From assembly GCA_040437565.1 (NCBI GenBank), contig JBDOQK010000068.1, forward strand, positions 1 to 64,000: 64,000 bases of DNA, written 5' to 3'. The notes below the pieces were generated by a model, which did not search any database, was not told the DNA's origin, and was given only the letters and a program-made list of their open reading frames with translations. This document shows, piece by piece, positions 36,874-49,360 of this stretch. Source of the DNA: Albugo candida (Eukaryota). Both the position numbers and the translations under genes were made by a program. Each line of letters opens with the position of its first letter. The stretch's first letter is position 1.

Positions 36874-38358
36874 AGGTGAATATAGTGATTTCTCAAATAT
36901 TGTCATTTGTGAGCGAGATAACGCGCCCAAAAAGGTGATGGCTTGCTTGGTGGAACTACAAAGTGCTGCAGAAAAGTGAGTCATTAGCGACGTTGATAGA
37001 CTACTTGATCGTACAGGTGGGATGCGAGAAGAGCCTGGAGTGGTTCCAGGAGGAACAAGGTGCTGATCCCATGCTCGACGTATCGTAACCAGCTCATCAA
37101 AATCAATCGTTTTCGGGTCTTTGAACTGGATGCGGATCCGTGACTTGCTGGTAGTGTCACTTGAAGGCTTTGCGTCTTGAGATGAGTTTGGTGTATTGGT
37201 CGATGACTGAGACCTCACAATCTGTCGAGCCTCGTGTTTGAGCTTTTCGAGCTCTTGGAGGTTTATCCCTACCAGCATCATTGTGGGAAGAGAAATTGAG
37301 CTACAAGCCCGCAAGGCTTACCTTGACGTTTGGCCTTGATGTCGAGTAGCATCAGAACCATTCGCGCAGCTTTGACTGTGCTTTTACTGTGAATCACCTC
37401 GTTGTCCTCGACCTTATTTAGCTGGCTCATGCTCCTGTGCTTTTCTATATCCTCACTTGGGCTCTCCGTCGTGCTCTCGGGCTCCTTGGACCTATTCAGC
37501 TCACAGAGTCGATGTCTTCTTCGCTTGCGATAATTCTTCTTCTTTTGTATTTGTCTCAGGTAGCCGGTAAGAATTCTCATTTTATTTTCATCCAAATCGA
37601 TAGTTTGTTTACGTAAAGTTTCAAGTGTTTGTTTGACATTTTCACACTCGTTTCGTTTCTCACGAAGCACTGTATCGAATCCCAACTTTTGTTCTTTCTC
37701 TATTTCCATCAGCTCTCTTCCTTTTCGTACCAGCTCTTCTGTCAATTGCAGCATTCTGCGCACTATCGCACGGAAGACACTATATCCCAATCAAACGATC
37801 AGCTAATTCCTTCAATGCGTATCAGAGAAAAACTGACTCGAGACGAGGAGCATGCTGTCCAAGTCGTTCTTCCGAGTATCGAAGGTGTTTAGCGCGGAAT
37901 TCATTGAGCCATTTTGATTCCATTTCCGGTGAGAATGGAATGATAAAAGGTCGTTGCAAAGGCGGTCGGATGGGTCGATAGATTCCCTGCAGTTTTGGAG
38001 GCAGTAAAGTCGGAGGAACAGCGCCTATTCTATGTATCAAATGCGGTGGTGGATGGCCTGGTGGATGTGTGATTGTATTGTGCCAAGGTGTGCCGATGGA
38101 AGCATTGTATCGGTGATGATCGGCGGTAGAGATACGTCTCAAGTGTTGGCTCATTGCATGCAGCTTTCCGATTGAGATGATNNNNNNNNNNNNNNNNNNN
38201 NNNNNNNNNNNNNNNNNNNNNNNNNNNNNNNNNNNNNNNNNNNNNNNNNNNNNNNNNNNNNNNNNNNNNNNNNNNNNNNNNGCATGCAGCTTTCCGATTG
38301 AGATGATTGGCTGAATATGAGCTATTTTGATGCCTTCTGACCGTTGACCTTCCATATG
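36706..38358 (-). CDS. Hypothetical multi-exon protein with Pro/His-rich N-terminus and coiled-coil region
   Basis: Three consecutive minus-strand ORFs (37822-38385, 37278-37790, 36706-37314) separated by intron-sized intervals; interrupted by an N gap. The 3' end is uncertain because it overlaps eIF2A. Confidence 0.55.
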
Positions 38359-41300
38359 CACAATCTCTCGATTGTATTTGATCACAGAGAACGATTGAGA
38401 GGCTGTGATTCCCTCTGATAGTATGAAAACGTATGAGAGAAGATAGAAGCAAGCATTTGTGTGGAATAAATGTGCGCAAGTTCAGCTAACATTTCCGAAT
38501 AAGTGAAATCGAAGTTTCTATTGGAATGGCTTCATGGATTTGGTTTATCAATTTCCAAATTTTGGAGCTCGACAGCCTTAAATGATAGACTCAAATGGAG
38601 AGAGCTTAAGAAATTTAGCACGGGCGCGTGTTCATCCCTCTCCTATATCTATAATCATTTTCGGCACTTAGTCCTCTCCTTTCAACAACAAAGCGGACAC
38701 AACAAGAACCCGCTGCTTTACCCGCTGATGTTCGTTCTAACAGCTTGCTTCCCAAAAATTGGAGCTGCCTCAACCTGTGGATTTTTCGGGAAGATAGTCG
38801 ATAGAGTATCAAGACAGCAAGCACGACCCATATCAATTTCGGTGCAAGATTCAGTACTCTCCAATGACGAAAGTAGGATCTTTTTACTACGTGGAATTCG
38901 CATGGTATCTGCTCATCGCTTCGATGCATGATCATTCCTTCTTATTCAAAGCAAGCTGTTTGTCGAGAATGCCTAACCATGCACAGTGAATTGTCGGCCC
39001 TTTGGATATCTCTCTTCTATCACAGAGATATGTAAAGATCGACTGAGTCGTTCATCTTTTGTAGCCTTTACGAGTCCCCAAACAATTTTTTTTGAGCTGT
39101 GGGAAAACGTTCTGCACAGAAATGAAACGTTGGGAATCGAGCCATTGTCAAGGAAAAGAAAGTCATTTTCCAATGCAGAGATGTGTTTTAGAGCAGCCAA
39201 ACGAGAAGCACAGTGATACGAAAGAAACGCATGCAGTTTCGTATGAATTACCTAAAAGCTCGGAAGACCGCACACATTAAACTTGTTTTAAAGATCGAAA
39301 TTCTCAATGGAAGTCTTCACACAGGTCAATGCACTGAGGAACTTACAGCTTGAAGTCCTTGTCTGCATCAAAATGGATCCAAAGAGCAAGCAGTTCTTGA
39401 ACATACAAATGTGTGAAAAACGATCAAAGCTGCGGTATATTCATGCAAAACTGGCTTTTGCATATATCGGTCTGCAATGCTTCGAAAAGGCAGGAATTTT
39501 TCCTAGAAACGCAAAACTTCCTGTCATGAGCTCACAAAGAATTCGCTCTTAGCTGCTCAGCGTGACGTCACTTTGCAACTATCGATTCCTCCACAGTATC
39601 AATTCATGTATTAGGAACAACATTCGGTCAGCACGTAACGTTATCGGGTTTATGCAGCATATGAGCCCCTCGCTAAAATGACAAATTAAACACAGGAGGA
39701 TACGTTGCTGTGTCAGACACCATCAACTACTCTCAAATCAGGTGTTGGATAACGATTGCTCGAGTTTTACTCTAACGAGCATCGAACGCAACTCAAGCGT
39801 TCTTTGATTTATGCGGTAAAAGGCATGAATATAATGTGAGAAATATACGTGGTGAGACAGAAAGACAGTATATCAGTGCATTTGATGCAGCTAAATAACA
39901 TTGCCGGACATCGTGAAAGATATGCAACAAAGGAAATGAAGTTTGGCATCAAAGGTAAATATCAGCCTCGGTCTACACAGTTGAGCTGTATTGAAGTGGA
40001 ATCCATGTTTCGATGTATCATTTTACTGGATAGTACCCAATAGCCATAGAATCACACCAGTCCAGAGGTACTCTTTCTGATTTACATATGTACTGTGCTA
40101 CATTAGAGCTCTGACCCGGGCATGCTGGCGATTTGTACCCGCTTGTGCGTGAACGGATTAGTGAATACATTTCGATTTGAGTATATTTTCGTGAAGTCGT
40201 CGAGTATCATGGCAGACACGCGCTTTTTTGACAGGCTTACCGATGAAATGGAGCAGAAATCTTATAATTCCAAAGCGATGTTTTCGGTCTGATAGTGAAG
40301 TCGAAAATGGTTTCAATGCGAGTAATATCACGCACATCGACAAATTAGAAGGCGCTTTGTAATCAGAGAATTCTGAATCGAACGAAGAACGCGTTAAGCT
40401 CACTCAGCTCCATTCCTATCACACTGTTTTTCCCTAAAGAGGATAATATGCCATGATGACAGGCAAGCCGTTTTAATGAAATCAATCACTTTCAAGCAAT
40501 ATTCAGTAACAATATGCTCTGGTACGACCATCACTCGAGGCAATTGTCTGAGTCTGTGGATTCTTGCATGTTATTACCATCATTGGAACAGACTATCGAT
40601 GCTTTGGCCACGATGATCAGCTCTAGATTCAAACAATTAGTGCTGAACATTTGTACAAAATGAGACTAGTAGCATGTGATCAGTTGAAGGTGTCTATATT
40701 ACTAGAATTGGACTAAATGACTTCTCTCCATGCCCAAGGTACATTCAGTAATGAAGATATACATGTCTTGCTATTACCAGTCATTTAGACACAGCAGTAA
40801 CTTGATCACCTTGAGCGCGTATATATGATGTACAATATTGGATGTCCTAACAGCGAAAACTCGGACTCCAAAATCAGGATCAGGTGCTGGATCGTAATGT
40901 TACCAGCATCGAAAAACCGCTGCACCAACACCAAAAACTCTCAAAGCATGAAAATCATAAGGAGAGCACGAAAGTGTTACAGCAAGTTGCTAAGGTACGG
41001 AGGACCTCGCATTCCCCGACACCTGGCTAAATGACCTACGCACCCGCGACATCCAGCCGCTAATACAGCTGTGCCATCGATCTGTTTGGGATCGCTACAC
41101 CCCATCCAGCATTATTCCAATAAGTCTACTTGCCTTGGAATTGAGCACTGAAAGGTAATCAATTATGAAAAATGATAATTCTAAAACTCTATAGGAAATT
41201 ACGTGTGGTAATACTTCCACGAGCAGCAGCAATAGAAATGATCTCACTGACAAAACGAGGCAAATAGACGTTTATTCGAATTACCTGCGGACAGGTCGAT

Positions 41301-41361
41301 AGCTTAGCGACAAATGGGCTACACCATTCATATTTTCCAAGCTTATAGGGCGTGATACGCT

Positions 41362-42519
41362 CTACAGAAATGCAAGAAGAATTAAAGTAATAATGAGCGT
41401 ATTCAAATCCTGTAGGCCTCTGGCACTCGAAATTTCGTCCTGTGGCGTGACAGTTGATTTTCGGACAGTGGGTCGATCGCATTGAGCCCCATTCCATCCA
41501 TGAGTACATACACATGTCCCTCCTTGTGCATCCGTCCCGTGAAAGCCTTCAGGAGCATTCTTAGTTTGGCTGCTCACAGGCGTCGAGACGATAGGCTTAT
41601 TGACTCGTGGATCGTTCTCTTTTAGAATTGGAGCTGACTTCTCTAAAGAAATCGATTTCGACTGTGTGGAAGCGATCGATGTGCTTGTATTTAGGACTGA
41701 CAGAATTCTCGGTAGTCTTCTAATTGCCATAGTACAATTTCCCTTACCATTACATGCTTTCGGAGAAGAAGTTTCACAGAAGGCGCATTGATTGCCAGTC
41801 GTTCCTTCTTCACACTCACATTCTTGTTTGGTTAAATTACAGGTGCCTGCAGCACATTGACCTTCATTCGTGCATCGATTCGAGTCGATCTGCTGACAAA
41901 ACTTCCCTGTGTACCCGACATTACACAAACAGGTGTAATTCATAGATCCTTGGTTTTTGGGCCCACAGGTTCCTTGTCCGGAACAAAGCACATCTGTTAC
42001 ATTGGGATTGATACAGGATTCCGATATGATGGTGGGGTAATCCAACAACTTTGCCAATTTTTCAGAGCTTGATTTCTTCTCAAATAGAAGACGCTTTTCC
42101 CGGACGAGACAATCGACACATCCGTAAATCACACCGACAGAGTCGCCAGAGCCATCTGGAAGCTTGAGACAATCCACTCTGCCTTTTTTCTTTTCATCAG
42201 CGTCGTCGGCACATTTTGCATCCGGGAGGATGTACGCACAAACAGAGCTGATGGATTTATAGGATGTGGGCCATGTAGAGAAGCTGGGGCAAAGGCCGGG
42301 TGTGGTTCCTGTGCAAGTGTCTCCCGGATGGACGTTGGGTAAGCACTGCTTAACATCTTTGACCCGTTCTCGAGTGGTTTGGACACTCACGCACGCATAG
42401 TTGGGAGCTTTTCTTCGGCAAGTGGTATCGTCCTTACATTGGCCCGGCATATTGGATCGTGAATGAGCCTCAAAAGAGGTCCAAGAGAGTATGAGGACGA
42501 CAATTGCTGGAGAACGCAT
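41362..42519 (-). CDS. Secreted/GPI- or TM-anchored EGF-like (tenascin-type) repeat surface protein
   Basis: Signal peptide MRSPAIVVLILSWTSFEAHS, EGF motifs CSGQGTC..CLCNVGYTGKFC, CECEEGTTGNQC and CVCTHGWNGAQC, a Ser/Thr-rich linker, and hydrophobic C-terminus LIITLILLAFL. Confidence 0.85.
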   Translation of the reverse strand: MRSPAIVVLILSWTSFEAHSRSNMPGQCKDDTTCRRKAPNYACVSVQTTRERVKDVKQCLPNVHPGDTCTGTTPGLCPSFSTWPTSYKSISSVCAYILPDAKCADDADEKKKGRVDCLKLPDGSGDSVGVIYGCVDCLVREKRLLFEKKSSSEKLAKLLDYPTIISESCINPNVTDVLCSGQGTCGPKNQGSMNYTCLCNVGYTGKFCQQIDSNRCTNEGQCAAGTCNLTKQECECEEGTTGNQCAFCETSSPKACNGKGNCTMAIRRLPRILSVLNTSTSIASTQSKSISLEKSAPILKENDPRVNKPIVSTPVSSQTKNAPEGFHGTDAQGGTCVCTHGWNGAQCDRPTVRKSTVTPQDEISSARGLQDLNTLIITLILLAFL

Positions 42520-42934
42520 ACGATGAAATGACAGGAAACGGAGCAATGAGCGTCTTTATGAAGCGACGATCGGCAGTGAGAAGGTTGGAAGGTGTACTGC
42601 AACCACAATCGACGAAGACACGTAGACCGGCTGTCATGACATGCTAAAAACGAGACTATGACGTGGTTTTCGAAGAAATCCACTTGCCAGCGCATAAAGC
42701 ATCACTGAATCGACAGATTTAGTCATAAATTGGAAGGAATGGTACAGAGACCGAGCGAAATCTCGTGAGTAAAGGAGCGCAACGCGATGCATTTTCCTGT
42801 TACCTAATAAAAGTCTGATTCAATTTATCTGATTCGGATATGAGGTGGAGTCTGAGTCTGATTCATAGTATCTGATTTCGAGTCTGGGTTTGATAATCAC
42901 AAGTGAGTCTGACAACATCTGAATCTGAGTCCTA

Positions 42935-44020
42935 ATGGACGTCATTGACGTGCCGTTCTGCGATGTCTGTCGCCAGTCTGTTTATTCGCAAATATTCAAA
43001 AAGCACGCGTACACAAAAAAGCATCAAGCGGCTGCTACCCGTTTGCTCCAATCAGCTGTTGATCGATTTGAGCGGCAATGCGATACGCTGACAAACTCGC
43101 CTTTCAAATACTCGTGTCCGTTTTGCCAAATGAGTTTGTACGATCCCGAAACATTCCTCACACATTTCCAATGCGAACGTCATCAAACGAAAATGCGTGT
43201 CTTCTGCGTTCGTAATCGTTGCGATCCGCATCGAACGTACCGTCAGAAGCTGACGCTTTCGGCTCCACGAGCGCGTCATGTAAGCGCGTCATCATTCACT
43301 GTATGCATCACTTGACTTCCTCTAGCTCCGAATCGCTCTAGATACCGCACCTAGTGAGCAACATAGCGAACCCAAACAAAGTGCGGCTCCACAATCGTCG
43401 ACTCTTCCATCACAAAATGAGGCAAAAGCAAGTCGAAAGAACTCTTCGACGCTGATACTTCAGCGACCTGAAGGAATCCATCGTGTGACTGAATATGCTG
43501 AGGGAATTGGTCTCGTCAAGATTCCACGACTTGCGTGGAATGCCAATGTCGGGAATGTGTACACTTCAGTGTTACCTCCATGGATGGAGGCTGAGCAAAC
43601 GCAAGTCTCAACTGATTCTGCAAAGACTCGACAGAAACGGAAGGCCGCACAACTTTGGAGTCGATCGGAAAAGAACGATATCTTCGCACAACTTGCTGAG
43701 GAAAAGTACACACCCGATTGGCTACCGAATTTTGGAGCGGTTTGGCAATCGGGTCCTCGATCTAAGACCAAACGTGATTTTATGCAAAAGATAAAAGCTG
43801 AGTCCATGCAGATGGATAAAAGGGTACCACACGCGATCAAACCTCCATGCGTTTCTTCACAACAGCAAGCTACCGAACGTATTCCTGCAGAGCAGATTCT
43901 GGTACGTGTACTTTCCTGAACGCGCCATTTGATAATAACTCTTGTTAGGACCACGAAAAACAACGTCTTCTGCTTCAAAAAGAAAAACTTCGAGCCAAAT
44001 TGGCAAAGACGCAAAGATAA
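42935..44020 (+). CDS. CCDC84: CCDC84/CENATAC (TITAN-like) zinc-finger protein; exons 42935-43279, 43326-43901, 43949-44020
   Basis: N-terminal CDVC..H..H and CPFC..H..H fingers; conserved GNVYTSVLPPWME and WLPNFGAVWQSGPR motifs. GT-AG introns give an open frame ending DHEKQRLLLQKEKLRAKLAKTQR*. Confidence 0.8.
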
Positions 44021-44052
44021 GCACTTTTGGTATTCTTTTTATGGTGTACAAA

Positions 44053-44770
44053 TCAACTGGATTCAACTTTGGCAGCATCTTTTTCCTCCATGATTTTTTG
44101 GAACTTGTTTGTTCGAGAAGCAAAAGCCTGTGAGCATTTCTCCGAAAAGGATTTCCGCATATCGTAAGCATCTTCACCATCAGCGTAGTATCCACTTTCA
44201 ATATCGTATACTCTACAACGAATATCGTCAGTATTTGGACACCTGGCTACGCCCGTTCTATTTACTGATATTGCAACGTATGGCGGTACAAGTGGATGGC
44301 GGCTTCATTACTTTCTCGTACGTGCAGCGACACGTACTCTGCTGCAAAGTTCTCCACCATTGCGCGCTCTATTCAGGTGCTTTGTGAACCAATCAGAACT
44401 CATGTGCAAATACGGTATTACGCGCAGCTTTCATCAGGTTTGTGGCGATTCCACACTTTCGGTGCGTTCGAAGAACCGCCAGGGATGTGATATGACCGTG
44501 TGGAACGGATGCTTCCTCCTCCATTTTGGCTAAGACGTATCCGACGATTTTTCCATTGCTACTTTCTGCGACGTACAGTAGTTGCGGCCATGACATGATG
44601 TGGTAGAGGTAATATTTCATTTGGTAATTTTCAGGGAGACACCATAGATTGGTATGTTGCATTTGTATCAAGTCATTCACCTATAGTTCCATTACGATAC
44701 AAATTGGTATTTTGAGCTTGTTATAATTGAATAGTGAGATCGTTACCGTGGCATTCCGAATGCAAACCAT
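44053..44770 (-). CDS. NAA10: N-alpha-acetyltransferase 10 (NatA catalytic subunit, ARD1), 4 exons
   Basis: [89 protein letters not shown]. Confidence 0.95.
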
Positions 44771-44987
44771 CGGATTTATTTGTGCAATTGTAATAACGTT
44801 TATTAGACTGATTATTATTGAAATAAACCACTAAGATCCGACACACACTGATAACCGATCCGTTGGGTCCAGATCTGATTCTGTGTTGAATATCGCGATA
44901 TCCAGTTTATCAACTGATTCTTGTTTTCTCACGTTATTAGACTTTATGTTACTAACAGAAAAGGAGTTGTTTTATAACTGCTTCACG

Positions 44988-45764
44988 TTACAATTTCGCC
45001 AAAGGCAAACGAAATGACGCGCGTATGTGTCCTCCATCAGCGACAATAACGATTCCTGTGATCCATTCAGACGCTCTCGACGCCAGAAATAGTGCCACTC
45101 CAGCTATATCTTTGCTGTCACCACAGCGTCCTAATGGAAGCGTTCTACCCATGTTGTTGAATGAGGAGGCCGCAGCACTGCGAATGATCTCAGTCATATC
45201 AGTTGGTATCACACCTGGCGCGATCGCATTTACATTGATGTGTCCTCCATTAGGTCTTCGAGCGAGCTTCGCTGCCAGAACTCGTGTCAAATGATGAAGT
45301 GCTGCTTTAGATGCATCGTACGCCATNNNNNNNNNNNNNNNNNNNNNNNNNNNNNNNNNNNNNNNNNNNNNNNNNNNNNNNNNNNNNNNNNNNNNNNNNN
45401 NNNNNNNNNNNNNNNNNNNNNNNNNNTGTTGACAAGTACGTCTAATTTGGACTCGTACGAAGCGAATTGCTGCGCGAGGTGTGCGCATCCTTTCTCTGAA
45501 CTGATGTCTCCTTGTAGCTACGTACTTGTGGTCAAATGCTTTGAACATGGATGTGGAAATTCCACTCACCGCTATACATGTTCCAGGACCTTGATGCTTA
45601 AGTTCCGCAGCAGCTTTCTTGCAAGAGGCGTAATTGCGCGATGCAATGTACACTTTGGCGCCATTCCTCACAAATCCATCAGCAATCATTCTTCCGATTC
45701 CCCTCCCCCCGCCTGTGACCAGCACGATTTTATCACTTACGCTAAAGAGGTTGGAGACTTCCAT
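44988..45764 (-). CDS. Short-chain dehydrogenase/reductase (3-oxoacyl-ACP reductase/RhlG-like), contains an intron and an N gap
   Basis: TGGGRGIG Rossmann motif, YDASK catalytic YxxxK, INVNAIAPG, WITG..ADGG. Confidence 0.9.
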   Translation of the reverse strand: MEVSNLFSVSDKIVLVTGGGRGIGRMIADGFVRNGAKVYIASRNYASCKKAAAELKHQGPGTCIAVSGISTSMFKAFDHKYVATRRHQFRERMRTPRAAIRFVRVQIRRTCQXXXXXXXXXXXXXXXXXXXXXXXXXXXXXXXXXXMAYDASKAALHHLTRVLAAKLARRPNGGHINVNAIAPGVIPTDMTEIIRSAAASSFNNMGRTLPLGRCGDSKDIAGVALFLASRASEWITGIVIVADGGHIRASFRLPLAKL

Positions 45765-45985
45765 ATTTAAAATGAGCTCAAGTTCAACATAAGAAATATC
45801 TGATCTTTATGAATCGTACTTAACAAGAGTGGCTAAACTAGGTGCAACTTCTTTCTAGAATGTTTGTTTTCTATGAAATCGAAAGAAAGAATGCGGATTA
45901 AAGATATCGTACTTCAACTTTAATTCTAATCTCGAATCTCATGCTTTTACATTAATAAAACTGATAAGAATCGGAGCTTTGCCAG

Positions 45986-47122
45986 TTACTTAATTGAATT
46001 GTACAATTCCGCGTGACTGGCCAATTCTTCTTTCAATTCAAATATCCGATCGGTTTCCATTCCATTCTGCACGTATTCGTGCACGATTCGACGATCAAGG
46101 GTTTCCATTTGCATACTGAGATTTTGAAGATAAAACGCAATTCTTTTCGAAACTGTGCACTCCGCCACACTATTAATAGTTCTTGGAAATTGTGGCAGCC
46201 ACTGTTGGGGTAAAAGTAGAGGTTTTGGAGACGATTCAATATTCAATTGCTGGAAATCCCTGCTTTCCAGTTGTTTGGAGTCAAATCCCCTAAAGATCGT
46301 TTTACGCCAGCCCACTGAGTGCGCGCTTGCTCGTTTCCGCAAACACGGAAGCAGTGAGTGTCGGTCTTGGAGCACATTTATATGACCGGTTTCATTTTGA
46401 GCGATTTGAGCCAGGACCGTTTCCGCGTGACTTATTGGAGCTTGAATCGCGAGCTCGCAAAATTTATATGGCGCCGGTGGGATCAATTGAGCTCTCGCAT
46501 GGAATCCGACTGTCTGTAAGCTCACGGCGACCAATTGAGAGAGATGACAGCGATCTGACCGATCGAGTTGCCATTCAGGGAAACGTGCGGAGGGTATTGT
46601 GTCCGGTGACATGGCTATTGGGATAATCAAATGTGCATGCTCCGATATCGCTAGTAAACTTGAAACAATGTTGAGACACGTTCGAGAAGTTTGTTTGGTG
46701 CGGTCTTTGAACAAGGCGTCTGATGGTACCGTTGATGATGCATATGGATAATCGTTTCCCAGAAGTGTGAGTTCGGCATGCGGACATTCCTCATTCAAAT
46801 AAGTGATCAGTTCAGAAGAGAATGCGCCCCAGGCAGAGTCCATATCCACCAAACATTGTATACTATGCAATCGATCGATTTTCTCTAAGTGTCTTCGCAA
46901 TCTATCTTGAACAGCTTCAAACGTATCGATAGAGAGAAATCCTGCGTTCGTGTGAGTCCCAACGTAATAATTATGGAGGTCTAGGAACGAGTGGAAATCC
47001 TGCACCTCAAACAGATTGCTTTCGGAAAAGTGATTCCAATCCCACATTCCTTTCCACTGAGTGCCTGGTGCTTGTTCCTGATTGAACATTTGTACGTTTC
47101 CATCCCTATTAGAACACATCAC
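45986..47122 (-). CDS. Misato/DML1 tubulin-FtsZ-like protein (N-terminus not found)
   Basis: DRLRRHLEKIDRLHSIQCLVDMDSAWGAFSSELITYLNEECP matches the Misato DRLRxFxEECDxLQGFQ..D...GFGG region; later SLLAISEHAHLIIPI. Confidence 0.7.
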   Translation of the reverse strand: MMCSNRDGNVQMFNQEQAPGTQWKGMWDWNHFSESNLFEVQDFHSFLDLHNYYVGTHTNAGFLSIDTFEAVQDRLRRHLEKIDRLHSIQCLVDMDSAWGAFSSELITYLNEECPHAELTLLGNDYPYASSTVPSDALFKDRTKQTSRTCLNIVSSLLAISEHAHLIIPIAMSPDTIPSARFPEWQLDRSDRCHLSQLVAVSLQTVGFHARAQLIPPAPYKFCELAIQAPISHAETVLAQIAQNETGHINVLQDRHSLLPCLRKRASAHSVGWRKTIFRGFDSKQLESRDFQQLNIESSPKPLLLPQQWLPQFPRTINSVAECTVSKRIAFYLQNLSMQMETLDRRIVHEYVQNGMETDRIFELKEELASHAELYNSIK

Positions 47123-47664
47123 ATCACAATGGATGGATTATTGCGATATAAAATGATCGGACCAATTCTCTTGGTCATTTGTGCTCTTTTGAGGCTTTTT
47201 GACGTGTCTTTGAATCCGATCTTTTGAATGAGAGCAGTGAGTATGTCAGAATGGGAGTGGTTATGTGTATAGATGTATACTTTTAGCTTCGAATGCAAGG
47301 ACGAAATCGTTCGTATGGGTTCCCTACTCAGAGTATCAGTTATTGACTGCCTTTTTCTGGAATAAGAAAACGTGTTTGCTAAGTACTCGTTGATTTTTAA
47401 CGTTTGTGGACTGTAGCATGGCTGCATTTGTGCCAATTGTATTTGATGCACTGCCAAATTGTAAGCGTATGCACTTGACATCGATGTCCATTGAGACTGA
47501 TAAATTCTGACTCAGGTAGAATGCACCGCGATGTATTGCGTGTTACGGTATATTCAAGTTATCCCCACATAAGTACTTGACCCACAGTCACACTCGCAGC
47601 ATCAGGAATCCTTCCGTATAGCACATGTATTCTATTGGATAATTCACGCTATTTGTGTTCTTTA

Positions 47665-49249
47665 CTACAAATCACTTGCCGATTGCGCTGTGGCAAGATG
47701 CTGTACATACTCCTCCACATACTTTCGCATAAATTCATGGAGGCGTTTCTGCTCGCTCTGTAAAATCTCTTGTGGATGAATAGGCGTATCACTTGAATCG
47801 AATCGAAGAACAGAATTTGATTGGTCTCCTGACTGCACTCCCAATTGAGCGGTATTCGATTCGCGTTTCTTAACACCACAGCTATCGCCGTCTTCCGCTT
47901 CACTGTTACATGACTGGGATGTCTTGACAGAGTCCGTATCACACCAACTGGGACCAGTTCGTTGCCTGTGGTTGGCTTCATAGACCGCCAATACGTCTTG
48001 CCCTACATCCTGCTTCTCATTGGAGCCTTCTCGATCAATCTGTCTCCATCGAAAAACGGGTTTTCTCGAGTGTGGTAGCTGCAACTTCTCGATCAGACCG
48101 ACACTTGCGAGTACGTTTGCAATGTCGTAAAGTCTTCGAATCTTTGCTACAACGGGTGTTAAGTACGGTCTATTCAACTTGATTCAACGTACTTTTGTGC
48201 AGTCGATCATTATTATTTTCACACTCGCTTGGAAGAAGTAATTGTTTGGCTGCGTCGTCCAATGAAATGATTCGATCCTCCTACAATTACAATTAGGTTT
48301 GTAATGCGAATTGTAAAAACGTACTCTCTGTAGAAATAGATCTACAAACATCTGACTCAGATGTGAGAGCGATTTCCCTCTCTTCCGTTCGGCTACGAAA
48401 ACCACAGTACAGTTCAGTACAATTCAGCTCCATTCACCACAATTCAATCTCGCTTACATCTCAATGCTGGAAGCTCATGCAAAGTTTCACCTTTCACGGA
48501 GCAGTTTCTATGACGTTCCTAATTTGAGTGTGTCAGCAAACCGAGCCTGTGGCCAGATCGGGGTACCTTCATGGCGGCGATGGTTGTCGGTAGCGTGGAG
48601 AGCCCGTGCCAATTGTACAAGTTCTTGCTCTTTCGACTGACGAGATGAATGCTTTCCAGAATATTCACAATATCATATATGCGCCTTCGTTCAACGCCCA
48701 ATTCGGCGGCAACAGCATCCAAACACACTTCTCTGGCATTGTGTTCCCGGAAGAGTTTGAGAAAGCTAAAAGAGAATATCAAAACATGCGACAACGCTGA
48801 GCTTGGTATTTACTTTTCGCATAACAACCCCAACGATTTCTCTTTTCGATTGTATTCTCGAAAGGATGATTGTAACATTGATTCAGCTCCAAAGTACGGT
48901 GGAATATTGAGACCATCTGCCTTGAGATCGAAATTCGAAGTGTTCGGGTTTAGAGGCTTCTTATCAGATACGTTAAAGCCCAATGGAACTAATTGAGCCA
49001 CTTTGCGAGATCGTTTACGCTAATTCACGCACAATTGATTATTGAATTGCTTTTGGTTGCTGGTTGTACCTTTGTGGACGTTACGAGCATTTCCATCATT
49101 GCAGTTGCTGCTTCAGATCGATTTGGACTTGGTCGTACAACAACACACTCGTTTTGAGGATGTTTTAGAGGTACGACGAATTTTGAATTGTGAGTAGACA
49201 GGTTTGAATCGTGTGCGATATCAACATAACTAGTTGTGTCGTTTTTCAT
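47665..49249 (-). CDS. Atypical E2F (E2F7/8, DEL-type) transcription factor with two DNA-binding domains, multi-exon
   Basis: DBD1 [41 protein letters not shown]2 [44 protein letters not shown]. The 3' end is uncertain. Confidence 0.9.
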
Positions 49250-49360
49250 TACAAAGAAGTAAAAGTAGATAGAAAGTGAAGACGCAACGGCAATACAGAA
49301 ATGATTGTGACACGAGGAATATTGCTTGCGCTGTGAAATCGGATCTGAAAATCATTTCAT

